This document shows, piece by piece, positions 22,555 through 36,427 of a DNA stretch of 64,000 nt. Position 1 is the first letter of the stretch. Each line of letters begins with the position of its first letter. The notes under the pieces were generated by a model, which was not told the origin of the DNA, ran no database searches, and was given only the letters and a program-made list of their open reading frames with translations. A program made the translations under genes and the position numbers. Location of the stretch: positions 134,168,001 to 134,232,000 of the forward strand of contig OZ024745.1 in NCBI GenBank assembly GCA_964016885.1. The letters run 5' to 3'. The stretch is from Eledone cirrhosa. Taxonomy: Eukaryota.

Positions 22555-23819
22555 CACAACTTAGTGAATTAGTGAATATATTTGCAGGAAATTAATGACG
22601 TAGTCATCTAGTGTTCAGTTGGTAGGGAGGAAGTTAATTACCACAGGTCAGAAATGACGTTAGTTGGAGAAAATGTAGAAATATGACGGTGCTGGTTGTA
22701 TGAATGAAATATATTGGTAGTTTCACTTGTGTTTTCCTGGTAATACTACAACTACCAACACTGTCAGAATCACCCACATTCCTACCAGTACCATTACAAC
22801 CACTCGACTCTCCTATGTTGAGTGGTTACGTTGGAGAGGGTGGATACGAGTTAGCAAGTTTGGCAGCGACAAAGGAGCTGTTGTTGTCACTAGGAGGAAT
22901 GTACATGTGCTTCTGTTGTACAGTCAGTCTAGAAGATAGAAAATATAGATGCAGAGATAGATCTTTAAAATCTATAAGAGAAAAAGCAAGTATCAAAATT
23001 AGCTCTAATATTTGCTATATACATGTGTGTGTGTGTGTGTGTGTGTAACCACCACGCAACATGTGTGTAGCAATAGCTGTTCTGGGAATTGCCTACACAT
23101 TATTTTAAATTTGGTAATATTTCACGACAACACCTCAACGGTAATTTTGCTTGGTTTTATTCGAATTTTTCTATTCTTAATATGTTTTATTTTCGTGTTC
23201 TATGGGGTTTTACGCTGGGGGATTTTCATAGAAGACAGCCTATCAATACAAGAATAGATTTATTGCATATTTTGAGAACATTAAATTTTAAAACTCTCTT
23301 CAGACGTTTTACACCTTATAGGATTAGGAAGAATATATCCAAAAAGATAATTTCTTTCGACTTCAAATGCTTTTTATATCCTATTTCGATCTGATATTTT
23401 GAAAGTATTTCCTACAAACAAATCGTCATTTCAAGATAATATAAAGTTGTTTTATTTTCTATTTTTAATAGAATGTTCCACACTCCCAGAATTAAATCTT
23501 CGAAATCGAGCCAAAAGCTGGAGCAATTCAGGTTTGTGAATTTTTTTTCCTGTTACAACAATCTGTGTGTCTGTATATACATCTAATAGAGAAATATCTC
23601 ACTCTCCTAAATACATGATTCTATCTATTTTTTCTGTTATGAACACATGTCTCTCTATATTTATTCTCTTTCATATTTGTTTCTGTTTTTCACATCCTGT
23701 AACGCGTATTTAAAACAGAATTTAACATCGAAATGTAATGAAAAACAAAGATGTTTATGGGATGCATAATATTTCTGTTTATATAACTTAAAACCTACAT
23801 CTCTCTCGCGCACGCCCCT

Positions 23820-26310
23820 TCAAAAGAACAGGTCGAGAGCTACTGGAGATCTGTATGGGAAACGGATGACGGATTCAACAGACAAGCTAATTGGCTAAAA
23901 GAACTGGAACAGGACTACTGCCAACATGTCCAGACAAAACAATATGACATAGATGGGTCAATACTGGAAACAGCTCTACAGAAAATGTCGAATAGGAAAT
24001 CGCCAGGCCCAGACCTCATTACAGGATACTGGTTGAAGAATTTCACTTTCTATCGGCAAGATCTCATACGGCTGTTTACAGAAACCATTAAGGGCACACA
24101 AGAACTGCCCAGATGGTTATCAACTGCCTCTACTCTCCTCATTCCCAAAAATAGCCAAACCACCCTTGCTAAAAATTACCGCCCAAAAATTACCGCCCAA
24201 AAATGCCTGCCAAAACATCATGTATAAATTATATACTGGGTGCCTTAACCTGTTCTTACAGGATCACTGTGCTACCAACAACATCATAACACCTGAGCAA
24301 GCTGGTGGAAAGAGGGAGGTGTGGGGTTGCATAGATCACCTACTAACTAACAAAATGATTCAGGAAAAAACAACAAAGAATCGCAGAAACATGACTGTCG
24401 TGTGGCTGGACTATCAAAAAGCATTTGATAGTGTACCTCATGGGTGGATTGTTAAGGCTTTACAGTTAGCTAAAGTCCCACAACCATTGGTAGCTGCTGT
24501 TGAACGCCTGACCAAGAACTGGTACACCAGTTTGATCCTTAGAGGTGAGAAGGAGCAGGTTAAGACTGATAAGATACATTACCAGAAGGGCATCTTTCAG
24601 GGTGATAGCTTGTCAGTGCTACTCTTCGTTCTCTCACTGAATCCACTATCTTACCTACTCAGGAAACAAGGTGGACAAAGAAGTGGGCCCAGAAGTATCT
24701 CCCATCTTTTCTTTGTTGATGACCTGAAGTTGTATGGACCAAATATCAATGACATCAAGAAACAATTGGACCTCATTACACAATTTTCAACCGACATCAA
24801 AATGAAATTTGGTGAGTCCAAGTGTGCATATTTGGCAGTAAAACGTGGAAGAGCTGTGCCCTCCTCTAGAAATCTAGAGATGAACGGCCTGACAATACAA
24901 CCTCTGCAGTCAGGTGACAACTACAGATATCTTGGACAGGATGAGAATGTCAGATATGATGGACCCATAAATAAGGAGAGAACCAGAACTGAATACCTCA
25001 GAAGAGTAAAGAAAATATGGTCATCAGAACTGTCAGCATACAACAAATACATTGCCCACAATACTTATACCGTGCCAATTCTAACGCCAACATTTGGCCT
25101 ACTGAACTGGTCATTGCAAGAACTAAGTGAGATGGATGTTAGAACTCGAAAACTTCTCAGTGTTACTGGGAACTTTAACATCAATGGTGATGTGGATAGG
25201 CTATACTTCTCACGCAAGGAAGGTGGCCAGGGTCTAAAATCAATATTAACAACATATGAGACCCGGATAGTAACACTGAAGCAACACCTTCAACAGAGGA
25301 AAAAGGTTGGCAACCATCTTGCCCAGGTTTATGACCATGAAAAAAGAAATATCATTAGAATAGCGACTGATCTGGAGGAGAGATATGGAATAAAGCCTGA
25401 TATAAATCTCTCACCCAGAGAAATCGGAAGATCCTATTCAATATTCAAACAAGATAAAAAAATTGACCAATTTACAGAAAAAGTTGTGCATGGATACTTG
25501 AGGCGTAAAACACAGACCATAGAGGGGATAAACCACTCAAAAAGCCTGGCATGGAGTTCCGACAAGTTTGACATCACACCTTGAGGGATATCTCTATGCA
25601 ATACAGGAACAAGAACTCCCTACCAAATATCTGCTGCACAAAAGAGGAGGGCCAGCAGCTGACAATAAATGTAGGCTATGTAAAACAAAGATCGAGGATG
25701 TAAGCCACATTGTTGCCAGCTGCGAAAGAATGACATCTCGCTACTACCTCCCCATGAGACACGATGGGATAGCTAGAACCATCTGGAACGCACTTCGGAA
25801 AACAGAATTAACAACAAACGAGGAAGAATATATTGAGACAGATGGCACTAAGGAATACTGGTGGAACCTGAAAATAAAAACTGCCACCAAATTAAAGCAC
25901 AACCGGCCTGATATTGTAGTTTGGGACCACACATTGAAAACGTGTTCTATTGTGGAGATCAGCTGCCCACTTGATGTAAACGTTGTCAGAAAAATACAGG
26001 AGAAGGAGGACATCTACGGACCATTGATGAGGAGTTTACAAATCCAGTATCCAAGATACACCTTTAGCTTCATACCCATCATTATTGGTGCTACGGGTTA
26101 TATACCAACCCGCTTGGACCAAAGTATGACTGAACTTGGATTTGCGGACAAAAAGCGCAGCTCCCTAATTCATAGTCTACAAATGGCTGCGATAGCTGGC
26201 ACCTTCAAAATTTGCAAAACATTCTTGCGATTCAAGGGATGACAATTTCTTTTCTTTTACAACCTTGCCACCAGGAAGGTGGCCGGTCAAAAAAATATAC
26301 TCGAAATTAA
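23820..26310 (+). mobile_element. R4/Dong-like (R2-group) non-LTR retrotransposon: RT, CCHC finger and restriction-like endonuclease; 5'-truncated, two frameshifts
   Basis: KSPGPD, WLDYQKAFDSVPH, FQGDSLS, HLFFVDDLK, CRLC...HIVASC, RHD, NRPDIV...VEISCP across ORFs 23985-24227, 24166-25584 and 25568-26242. The 3' end abuts (TACA)n. Confidence 0.9.
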
Positions 26311-26342
26311 TACATACATACATACATACATACATACATACA

Positions 26343-26374
<32 letters not shown>

Positions 26375-26375
<1 letters not shown>

Positions 26376-26950
26376 GCGAGATGTGTCAGCAAAGTAACGG
26401 GACTTAGTGAACTATGAACGCGGTAGGGATTAGCGTCACTGTGCGCGGTAATATCCTGGGAGTATATAACTGCGATCTCAGCTCTCTAAATCCATTGTAT
26501 GGTTTTCACGCGCTTTTGTTAATCTCAATTTTAGGTCGTCGAGTGATAAGCACAGAGCAGTGAACCAATCTGAGGTTTCAGGCCAGGCTGGGGTAAACTC
26601 CACCCGAAACACTCAAAGATGAGACGATGTTGCGGGTTTTGGCCCAAAACGTTCAGACAGAGAGGGGTGCGAGGGCGTGAAAGTCGACTCCAGGGGTGGA
26701 AGGCTTTCAACGGGCAGGTCTGAGACCAGCGTTGAGGACGTGGGGCAGGTGCTGCGTGGTAATCGTCCACTGACAGTTCTGATCACAAGCTGGTCATAAA
26801 CCGCGAGAAGATCTGGGAGTAGATGATACCGAAGCTGCTGAACGATAACCAGAAGGAGCGGCACACTCAGGTGTCAGGTGTGTCATAACTTCCTCAAACG
26901 TCTTGAAACCGAACCAGACATGCTGTCACCAGTGATGAGTCATGGATGTT
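26375..26950 (+). pseudogene. Mariner DNA transposon remnant: left end and decayed transposase N-terminus
   Basis: Conceptual translation STEQ*TNLRFQARLG*TPPETLK ... EGCEGVKVDSRGGRLSTGRSETSVEDVGQVLRGNRPLTV ... VTSDESW resembles mariner helix-turn-helix, GRP and ITGDETW motifs. Confidence 0.75.
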
Positions 26951-27137
26951 GGGGTAGGAGCCAGTGACGAAAGGCCAGAGACTTGGCTGTGACGACGGGG
27001 CTGCGAGGGTAGATAGGGATTCCAGTCTGGTGATGCAAAGTCTGTAGCCGCACCATAGCTATATACAGCTTTAAATAGATAGCTGGAGAGCGGCTGACGA
27101 AGGTCTTGCTGAGTGATGCTAAGACACCCTCGGCTTT
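26950..27137 (-). mobile_element. Short CR1/L2-like LINE fragment
   Basis: AEGVLASLSKTFVSRSPAIYLKLYIAMVR resembles the post-RT region of CR1/L2 ORF2. Confidence 0.55.
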
Positions 27138-27141
27138 ATAC

Positions 27142-27257
<116 letters not shown>

Positions 27258-27920
27258 CGATAGGGTCACGTTCAAGTAACTGTTAAGATGTATTCTTTGT
27301 AGGATGAATGATAAAATGAATGATGAGAATTGTGATGTTGACAACGTTTATTTTGTAATAGTAAAATTCACTCGTTGGTACATCGAAGATTGAGTAATAA
27401 AATCGTGACACTATCACTACATTAGTTGTTTTCCTAGCTACTTCGAGCTAGCATAAATACACACCAAGAATGTGCATGTGTTGCTGTTAGTAAATGTATG
27501 TATCAAAGGAAATACAGTAGAAGTTGTGTTGTGCTTTACAGTAGTAGAGAATGACAGGAAGTCAAAGGATAGACAAAGTGTAGAAGGGACAATAGAAGGA
27601 AACCTACTGTTTGTGTGTTAATCCCTAACATACGTGGTTTCTGTAGTAGTGGTCACCTCATCTGTCTAATTCAGTGTCTGTTGAGCGAGTATGAAATGTG
27701 AGAGAGTAGTAGCTAGATAACTGTATTCGTGAAGAGAATCCATAATTGTCGGTAGAACGGTTCTTCTGTCGTCTGTGTCAGCTACTCTCTCTCTCTCTCT
27801 CTCTCTCTCTCGAAGTGCTTGTATTTATAAGTATATTATAACTAGAAGAACATGTATATGTTTTATGAGACAATAGCCAGGGCATCTACCTATCGTCTGT
27901 CTGTATGTTTAGTAATCAAG

Positions 27921-28043
27921 TAGTTACGTCCCTTTACGATCTGAGTTCAAATCCCACCGAGGTTAACTTTGCCTTTCAGCCTTACGGGGTCGATAAAATA
28001 AAGTACCAGTAATACACCCTTGTGCCAAAAGTAGAAACAATTA
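27921..28043 (+). mobile_element. 5'-truncated tRNA-derived SINE
   Basis: Near-identical to the 3' two-thirds of the SINE at 9226-9410. Confidence 0.88.
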
Positions 28044-28083
28044 TAGCTATATACATTGTGGAGACTGTATTTCCATGTATATA

Positions 28084-28485
28084 CAGTAATTCCCCGTTTA
28101 TCGCGAGGGATACGTTCCAGAACCAACCGCGATAAATGAAAATCCTCAATATAGAGAGACCATAAAGACAACCGTTGTTTTCATAGTTTAAGCCTTAAAA
28201 TACCTCTCCTACATGCTTTAAGTACATATAAACTCATTAAAACACACTTTTGTATTTAAACACCAAAACCAGCCTGTAACGATTGTATAGAAACTACTAC
28301 CAAGGATCGTACCACTAGTTACCATTGAAGACCGTTGCCAGCCACGGTAGCCACTTGGTAATACACTGCACATCTCCCGTCAATCTACGAAGGGTTTGTA
28401 GTAGGTTAGAGAGAAACACAATCAGTAAAGCAGTAATGGAATAAAAAAAAAAACATTTTTTCATAGTTAAAGCCTTAAGATGCTG
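28084..28485 (+). mobile_element. Tigger/pogo-like (Tc1/mariner) non-autonomous element, left end
   Basis: TA followed by CAGTAATTCCCCGTTTATCGCGAGGGATACGTTCCAGAACCAACCGCGATAAATG, a Tigger/MER2-style terminus with an internal hairpin. No right TIR found. Confidence 0.55.
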
Positions 28486-29239
28486 TGTGTGTGGGGGGGG
28501 GGGGTGAAGTAACTATGAGGGTCTGTGTAACTATCCATATAGCCATTCATATTTCCAATTTCATTTTAAATTTCTTATTGACAACGTTAATTTGAATACA
28601 TTCAACAGAAGCATCACAAAATATATTTTTTAAATAGTTTTAAATTCTATCTGTGCCGGAGTCTAATTAATCTAGAGATCGAAGCTCCAAGTCGTAACAT
28701 CTGACTTCCTATTCTGTTCATTCAACAGATTCCGGATAATTGAAGAAAACAAACCGACCAATCACAGCAGCATTCATCACAAAAAAATATTTTTTCGTTA
28801 AGGTAGTTATCGTCTTAGTTAGTTATCAATCTTTGTTATTGACATTAATTTTGTTTACCTATACGATTTTGACACATAAAACAATATAGGTATATATATT
28901 GCCATGAGCGATTTATAAAACACCAGCTATTGGCTGTGTACCGATTTGGAGAACAATTACTTGTTTTCTGGGAAAGGATGTTCCTATAAGCTTACTGATT
29001 GCTTAAATGCCTAGAATTTTGTCCAAAAGAAAGATTTATTCTCAGGCTATCAATTTTACAACAACAGTTATTATAAGAGCATTAACATGGGGTCTTTTCA
29101 ATTCAGACTTCTGAAAGTTTCCAGGGAAGGTTTCTAAATCACCTATTTTCTTCAGAGGTTCCACTGAAAATGGCTTCTCATTGATCTAACTGTGTTATTA
29201 AAGAATTTATTCTCATTCGACCAATTCCGAAAATTGATT

Positions 29240-29331
<92 letters not shown>

Positions 29332-29476
29332 ATATGTGTGTGTGTGAATTTCGTATATCTAAAGATATACGGTATATTTATAAATAAACATTTTGAAAGC
29401 CACGACTGTGAATAGAACAGTGGTGGTCTGGTGGTCAACGCCGCCGAGTGGTGTCCAACAGAAGCAAGGCGGATAA

Positions 29477-29517
29477 CTGTCAATGCATTTCAAACTTAAT
29501 GGTTCTCATCAGGATAA
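29477..29517 (-). ncRNA. Minimal type I hammerhead ribozyme
   Basis: TTATC-CTGATGA-GAAC-CATTAA-GTTT-GAAA-TGCA-TT-GACAG, with palindromic stem III (ATGCAT) and one stem I mismatch. Confidence 0.75.
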
Positions 29518-29800
29518 TTCTCCCTACTGCTGGATTTTGAAACAGGCGAAAATATATAGTTTTTCCGTGTGTAAATGGGGTGATTAGCCTCATTTGCATA
29601 CGAAGCTGTATACGTTGGCTCAACTTGAAATAGGATTAGAATTCAGATTCGACATACCTGTATACAAATATGTATGGGAATTTCGTATATCTAAAGATAT
29701 ACGGTATGTTCATAAAGAAACATTTTGAAAGCCACAGCTAAGAATAGAACACATGTGGTCAGTGCCGCTGAGCGGTGTCCAGCAGAAACAAGGGGAATAA

Positions 29801-29841
29801 CTGTCGATGAATTTCGAACTTAAAGGTTCTTATCAGGACAA
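29801..29841 (-). ncRNA. Minimal type I hammerhead with core mutation (CTGATAA)
   Basis: TTGTC-CTGATAA-GAAC-CTTTAA-GTTC-GAAA-TTCA-TC-GACAG. Stems I and II intact, G8 changed to A. Confidence 0.7.
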
Positions 29842-30037
29842 TGCTTCCCTCTCGAATATTATATAAAGATTATAGAAGCTCAATACTAATCAGTATCTTT
29901 GGTCAATCAGTAACCCAAAGGTGGAATGATTTTTCAACCTCTGTAGATTATGCTATGGACTGTTATAGTACAAACTGCAGAGCTCAAATTTTAATAAATT
30001 AAGAATGAATAACCAGTTTAGACTTATAACATGATTT

Positions 30038-30126
30038 TACTCGACAAATGTTTAAATATAGGACAGCTGGCCATACCTCAATATATATTGGAGATTACCC
30101 TGCTGGTCTACATATCTTCAGCAGCA
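30038..30126 (-). ncRNA. Degenerate type I hammerhead with extended stem II
   Basis: TGCTG-CTGAAGA-T-ATGTAG-AC-CAGC...GCTG-TC-CTATAT-T-TAAA-CATTTG-TC-GAGTA. GAAA is mutated to TAAA; GUC site retained. Confidence 0.45.
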
Positions 30127-30471
30127 TGAATTTTGTTACAAGCATCCAGATACAAACATGCAAAAAGTGACTTCATAATACAGATTAGACTCATATGGTA
30201 TAAAAACCAGCATGTCAAGCGTTATTACATTTAAAAGCAACACAGGATGTAATCAAAAGCAGATTTAGAAGCAGTAAAATAATTAGAAGGGAAGTTCCTA
30301 CTAAAAGGTGGGTTAAACCAGGTTTCCTTCTATTTTTATTATAAGCGGTGTCAAGTAGTCTCACTCCTGTTTTGTGGGGTGGAGCGTTCATATACGATAC
30401 TACTCTGTTTACTATCCTAGAATAACAGTTTAATTTCTTATTGTATCTACGCCTAATATTTGGGTGTGTTA

Positions 30472-30529
<58 letters not shown>

Positions 30530-31565
30530 GTATCCACGCACATCCTTTCTACTGACCTCTTCAATGATGATTCTATTAGACCAAGATTACCTATTTTATG
30601 TAAATCAATTATCGTTTGTCGAAAAATAACAGCATCAAATGATAAGTGGATAGTATGCATTTAAAAGTTCTTTAGCTAACTTGTATGAACATAACAAATC
30701 AAATATCTCGCAACAAGCTGTATATTGCCCATTCCAGAGCATAGTAAGTAATAGTAAGCTGTCCTGCTTAAAGTTTGAGTGGATATAATTTCATACGCCA
30801 AAGGATGTTGTTCTAACCGTATCTGTCTAGGTTTCACAATGTGACATTGCAAATGAAGAAGTTAAACTGTCGTTCTTACTTTCAAGATTTACTTTACTCA
30901 CAAGACACTCAGGACAGCACACTATTGAAACATTAACCAATTGTATAATGAACCTCTCTCTCTATATATATTAATCAATTGTATAATGAACCTCTCTCTC
31001 TATATATATATACTTTAGTCTGGAATTTTGGGTCTATTTGTACAATTTCTGTAACTGCTGACTGACATCACAAGAAGATAGAAATAAGTACTCAAACATT
31101 TCTTGGTATTTATGTCAAACAAAGGTACACCCTAACAGACAGTATGGGGATGACCAATCAAACATATGGTACAGACCTGTCACCCTAACAGACAGTATGG
31201 AGATGGCCAATCAAACACATGGTACAGACCTGTCAGAAAACTCATCTGACGTTTTGTTTTGTTTGTCTTGCTTTTTCTGAGGACATCTCATATGGGTTGT
31301 AACTGAAGAGAGATTTCCTGAAGTTATTTAATTGGTAGGAAACATTGTAGCTGGATATCACATATATTTTTATTGTTTGACCCAAATTGCTTGGTCGTTT
31401 GTTTTGGTTGTGCGGATGATTTGTTTAACCATCATCTCAGTGTGTTTGGCTCTTAACGTATGTTGTAGCTCTGATTCATATGAATCATCGAGCGCTTGCC
31501 ACACATCTCGGAGGTTGATTTTCGTTAATTCCTGAGCTGAAATACGATTCTCGCTAATTTATATT

Positions 31566-31566
<1 letters not shown>

Positions 31567-31609
<43 letters not shown>

Positions 31610-31658
31610 AATATATATATAATATATATATATATTATATATATATATTATAAATAAA

Positions 31659-31702
<44 letters not shown>

Positions 31703-31781
31703 ATTATAAATAAAATATATATAATATATATATATATTATATATATAATATATATATATAATATATATATATCTATAATAT

Positions 31782-31813
<32 letters not shown>

Positions 31814-31866
31814 ATATATATATATAATATATATATATCTATAATATATATATATATATAATATAT

Positions 31867-31900
<34 letters not shown>

Positions 31901-32059
31901 ATATATATATATCTATAATATATATATATATATAATATATATATATATAATATATATATAATATATTTATATGTATATAATATATATATATAAATATATA
32001 TATTATGTATATATAATATATATATAATATATATATATATTATATATATATATATATTT

Positions 32060-32090
<31 letters not shown>

Positions 32091-32139
32091 ATATATATAT
32101 ATATATATTATATATATATATATATATTATATATATATA

Positions 32140-32192
<53 letters not shown>

Positions 32193-32385
32193 ATTATATA
32201 TAATATATATATATAATATATATATATAATATATATATAATATATATATATAATATATATATATATATATTATATATTATATATATAATATATAATATAT
32301 ATATATATATAATATATATATATAATATATAATATATAATATATATATATATAATTATATATATAATATATATATATATATATAT

Positions 32386-32427
<42 letters not shown>

Positions 32428-33194
32428 ATATATATATATATATATTATATATTATATATATATATATATATATATTATATATTATATATATAATATATAT
32501 ATATATTATATATTATATATTATATATATTATATATATATTATATATTATATTATATATATTATATATATATATATATATTATATATTATATATAATATA
32601 TATAATATATATATTATATATATAATATATATATATAATATATATATATATAATATAATATATATTATAATATATTATTATATATAATATATATATATAT
32701 AATATATTATTATATATATAATATATAATATATATATATATAATATATATATATATATATTATATATTATATATATAATATATATAATATATATATATAA
32801 TATATATATAATATTATATATATAATATATATATATTATATATATAATATATAATATATATATAATATTATATATATGATATATATATATATTATATATT
32901 ATATATATAATATATAATATATATATATAATATATATATATATATATTATATATTATATATATAATATATATATAATATATATATATAATATATATATAA
33001 TATATATATATAATATATATATATTATATATATAATATATAAATATATATATAATATATATATATGATATATATATATATTATATATTATATATATAATA
33101 TATAATATATATATATATAATATATATATATAATATATATATATATATATTATATATATATATAATATATAATATATATATATATATAATATAT

Positions 33195-33246
<52 letters not shown>

Positions 33247-33619
33247 ATATATATATGTGTGTTATATATTATATATTATATATATAATATATATATATAT
33301 TATATATTATATATTATATATATAATATATATATATATATTATATATTATATATATATTATATATTATATATATAATATAATATATATATATATAATATA
33401 TATATTATATATATAATATATATATATAATATATATATATAATATATATATAATATAATAATATATATATATATTATATTATATATATAATATATAATAT
33501 ATATATAATATATATATAATATATATATATATAATATATATATATAATATATATATATATAATATATATATATAATATATATATATAATATATATATATA
33601 ATATATATATATATAATAT

Positions 33620-33651
<32 letters not shown>

Positions 33652-33684
33652 ATATATATATATAATATATATATATAATATATA
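31567..33684. repeat. Degenerate (TA)n array with TAA/TTA interruptions
   Basis: Direct reading. Confidence 0.97.
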
Positions 33685-35628
33685 TGCTGAAGGCATCTGG
33701 CACGGTGGGACACACCATGGTCCACCCGCATAGTTAACCAAGTCGTACAGAATGGGGTTGTTCCGAAGGACTGGCATAGCAGCATCATCGTTAACTGTTA
33801 TAAGGGTAAAGGAGACGCCCTAGATAGGAGTAACTATAGAGGCATTAAATTAATCGACCAGGTCATGAAGGTCACGGAAAAAGTAATAGCGCAACTAATC
33901 AGAGAGAGAATTGATCTAGATGAAATGCAGTTCGGGTTTGTGTCAGGCAAAAGCACCACAGACGCTCTTTTCATAGTACGGCAACTACAGGAGAAGTACC
34001 TAGCTAAAGGTAAACCCCTCTACTTAGCTTTTGTCGACCTGGAGAAAGCCTTCGACAGAGTCCCCCGCTCCATTATCTGGTGGGCTCTTAGAAAACTAGG
34101 CGTTGACGAATGGCTTGTGAGGGCTATACAAGCCATGTATAAAGAAACAGTCAGCAAGGTTAGAATTAACAACGAATATAGTGAAGAGTTTAGCGTAAAA
34201 GTTGGCGTCCATCAGGGCTCTGTTCTCAGCCCCCTACTATTTATTATTGCCCTTCAGGCTATAACAGAGGAGTTCAAGACAGGCTGCCCATGGGAACTCC
34301 TATACGCAGACGACCTGACACTCATAGCGGAATCAATGGCCGAGCTAGAGAAGAAATTCCAAACATGGAAGCACGGCCTAGAGTCAAAAGGACTTAAAAT
34401 TAACCTGGCTAAGACCAAAGTTCTAGTTTGTAGGAAAGAAAACAAGGCGGCGGTCCCTTCTGGGAAATGGTCGTGCTCGGTATGTAGGAAAGGCGTAGGT
34501 AGAAACTCCATCTTATGTCCTAAATGCAAAGTATGGGTGCATAAAAGATGTAGTGGGATCACAGGTAAGCTAACTAAGAACATAGACTTTACATGTGGCC
34601 GGTGTTCTGGTGCAATAAGTAGCAGCAAGTGCCCACAAAATACTAGCTCTTTCAATTGCGCAGAGGGTTCTATAGAAATAGTGGACAGCTTCCGTTACCT
34701 GGGCGATAAAATCAGCAGTGGGGGAGGGTGCTCTGAAAGTACTGTAGCTAGAGTCAGAACTGGTTGGAAAAAGTTCAGAGAGCTTATACCACTATTAGCT
34801 GCTAAAGGGTTCTCCCTAAAAATGAAAGGCAGGTTGTACGATGCCTGCATACGAACAGCAATGTTGCATGGTAGTGAGACCTGGGCATTGTGTGCAGAGG
34901 ATATACGCAGACTAGAGAGGAACGAAGCTTGCATGCTCCGCTGGATGTGTAACAGTAATATACGTGAACGGCAAAGCATAAACGAACTAAGGAAAAAATT
35001 AGAGATAAGAGGGATCAGATGTTGTTTACTCGAGAGAAGGCTGCGTTGGTATGGACACGTGATGCGCATGAAAGTCGATAGCTGTATTACAAAGTGCAGG
35101 GCAATAAAGATAGACGGTAGCCACGGAATAGGCAGACCTAGAAAAACATGGGATGAGCTGATAAACTCCGACCTCACACACTTACACCTCTCCAAGACAA
35201 TGTCACTGGACCGTGACCTTTGGCGGTACTCAGTAACAGAGAAGACCCGCCTTGCCAGTAGGCATCTCTAACAAACTACACCCCGTCCCGCCACCACCCC
35301 CCACCCCATCCACACCACCCCGTTCTATGTAAAGTTATGTTGGTGCCGCGCCATCCAGGCCGAAACAAATGAGATCGTGTAGGTGTCACGACAAAAAAAC
35401 ACACAGTCCACGCTGTAATGTGGCCGTGTAGGCAACACGGTAAAAACCTCCCAGACCCACACTGTAAATGTGGTTGGTGTTAGGAAGGGCATCCAACTGT
35501 AGAAAAACCTGCCAGACAGTCCTATGCGAGCAAGACAATCACTCTTGCCTCAAGTGGGACTACCCCCGTCCAAACCCATGCAAGCGTGGAACACGGACGT
35601 TAAACGTTGATGATGATGATGATGATGA
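33685..35628 (+). mobile_element. RTE-clade LINE, 5'-truncated; intact RT frame with an inserted PHD-like C4HC3 finger and a (GAT)n tail
   Basis: ORF 33865-35271 (open from about 33724): FVDLEKAFDRV, GVHQGSVLSPLLF, LLYADD, CSVC...CPKC..WVHKRC...CGRC, FRYLGD, GSETW, RRLRWYGHV, GRPRKTW. The 3' UTR ends in (GAT)n. Confidence 0.95.
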
Positions 35629-35798
35629 TAATATATATATATATAATATATATATATAATATATAATATATATATATAATATATATATAATATATATATA
35701 TATAATATATATATATAATATATATATATAATATATATATATAATATATATATTATAATATATATATATAATATATATATATAATATATATATATAAT

Positions 35799-35835
<37 letters not shown>

Positions 35836-35853
35836 TAATATAATATATATAAT

Positions 35854-35904
<51 letters not shown>

Positions 35905-36050
35905 TAATATATATATATAATATATTATATATAATATATATATATAATATTATATATATAATATATATATATAATATATATATATAATATATATATATAA
36001 TATATATATATAATATATATAATATATATATATAATATATATATAATATA

Positions 36051-36082
<32 letters not shown>

Positions 36083-36337
36083 TATATATAATATATATAT
36101 AATATATATATATAATATATATATATAATATATATATATAATATATATATATAATATATATATATAAATATATATATATAATATATATATATAATATATA
36201 TATATAATATATATATATAATATATATATAATATATATATATAATATATATATAATATATATATAATATATATATAATATATATATAATATATATATAAT
36301 ATATATATATAATATATATATATAATATATATATAAT

Positions 36338-36369
<32 letters not shown>

Positions 36370-36427
36370 ATATATATAATATATATATATAATATATATA
36401 TATAATATATATATATATATAATATAG
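35629..36427. repeat. Degenerate (TA)n/(TATATATATAA)n array
   Basis: Direct reading. Confidence 0.97.

Larger units (their letters stand above)
29346..29850 (-). mobile_element. Retrozyme-like tandem element: about 1.5 copies of a 324-332-bp unit, each with a type I hammerhead
   Basis: GAATTTCGTATATCTAAAGATATACGG at 29346 and 29678; hammerhead motifs at 29477 and 29801; no ORF. Confidence 0.75.
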
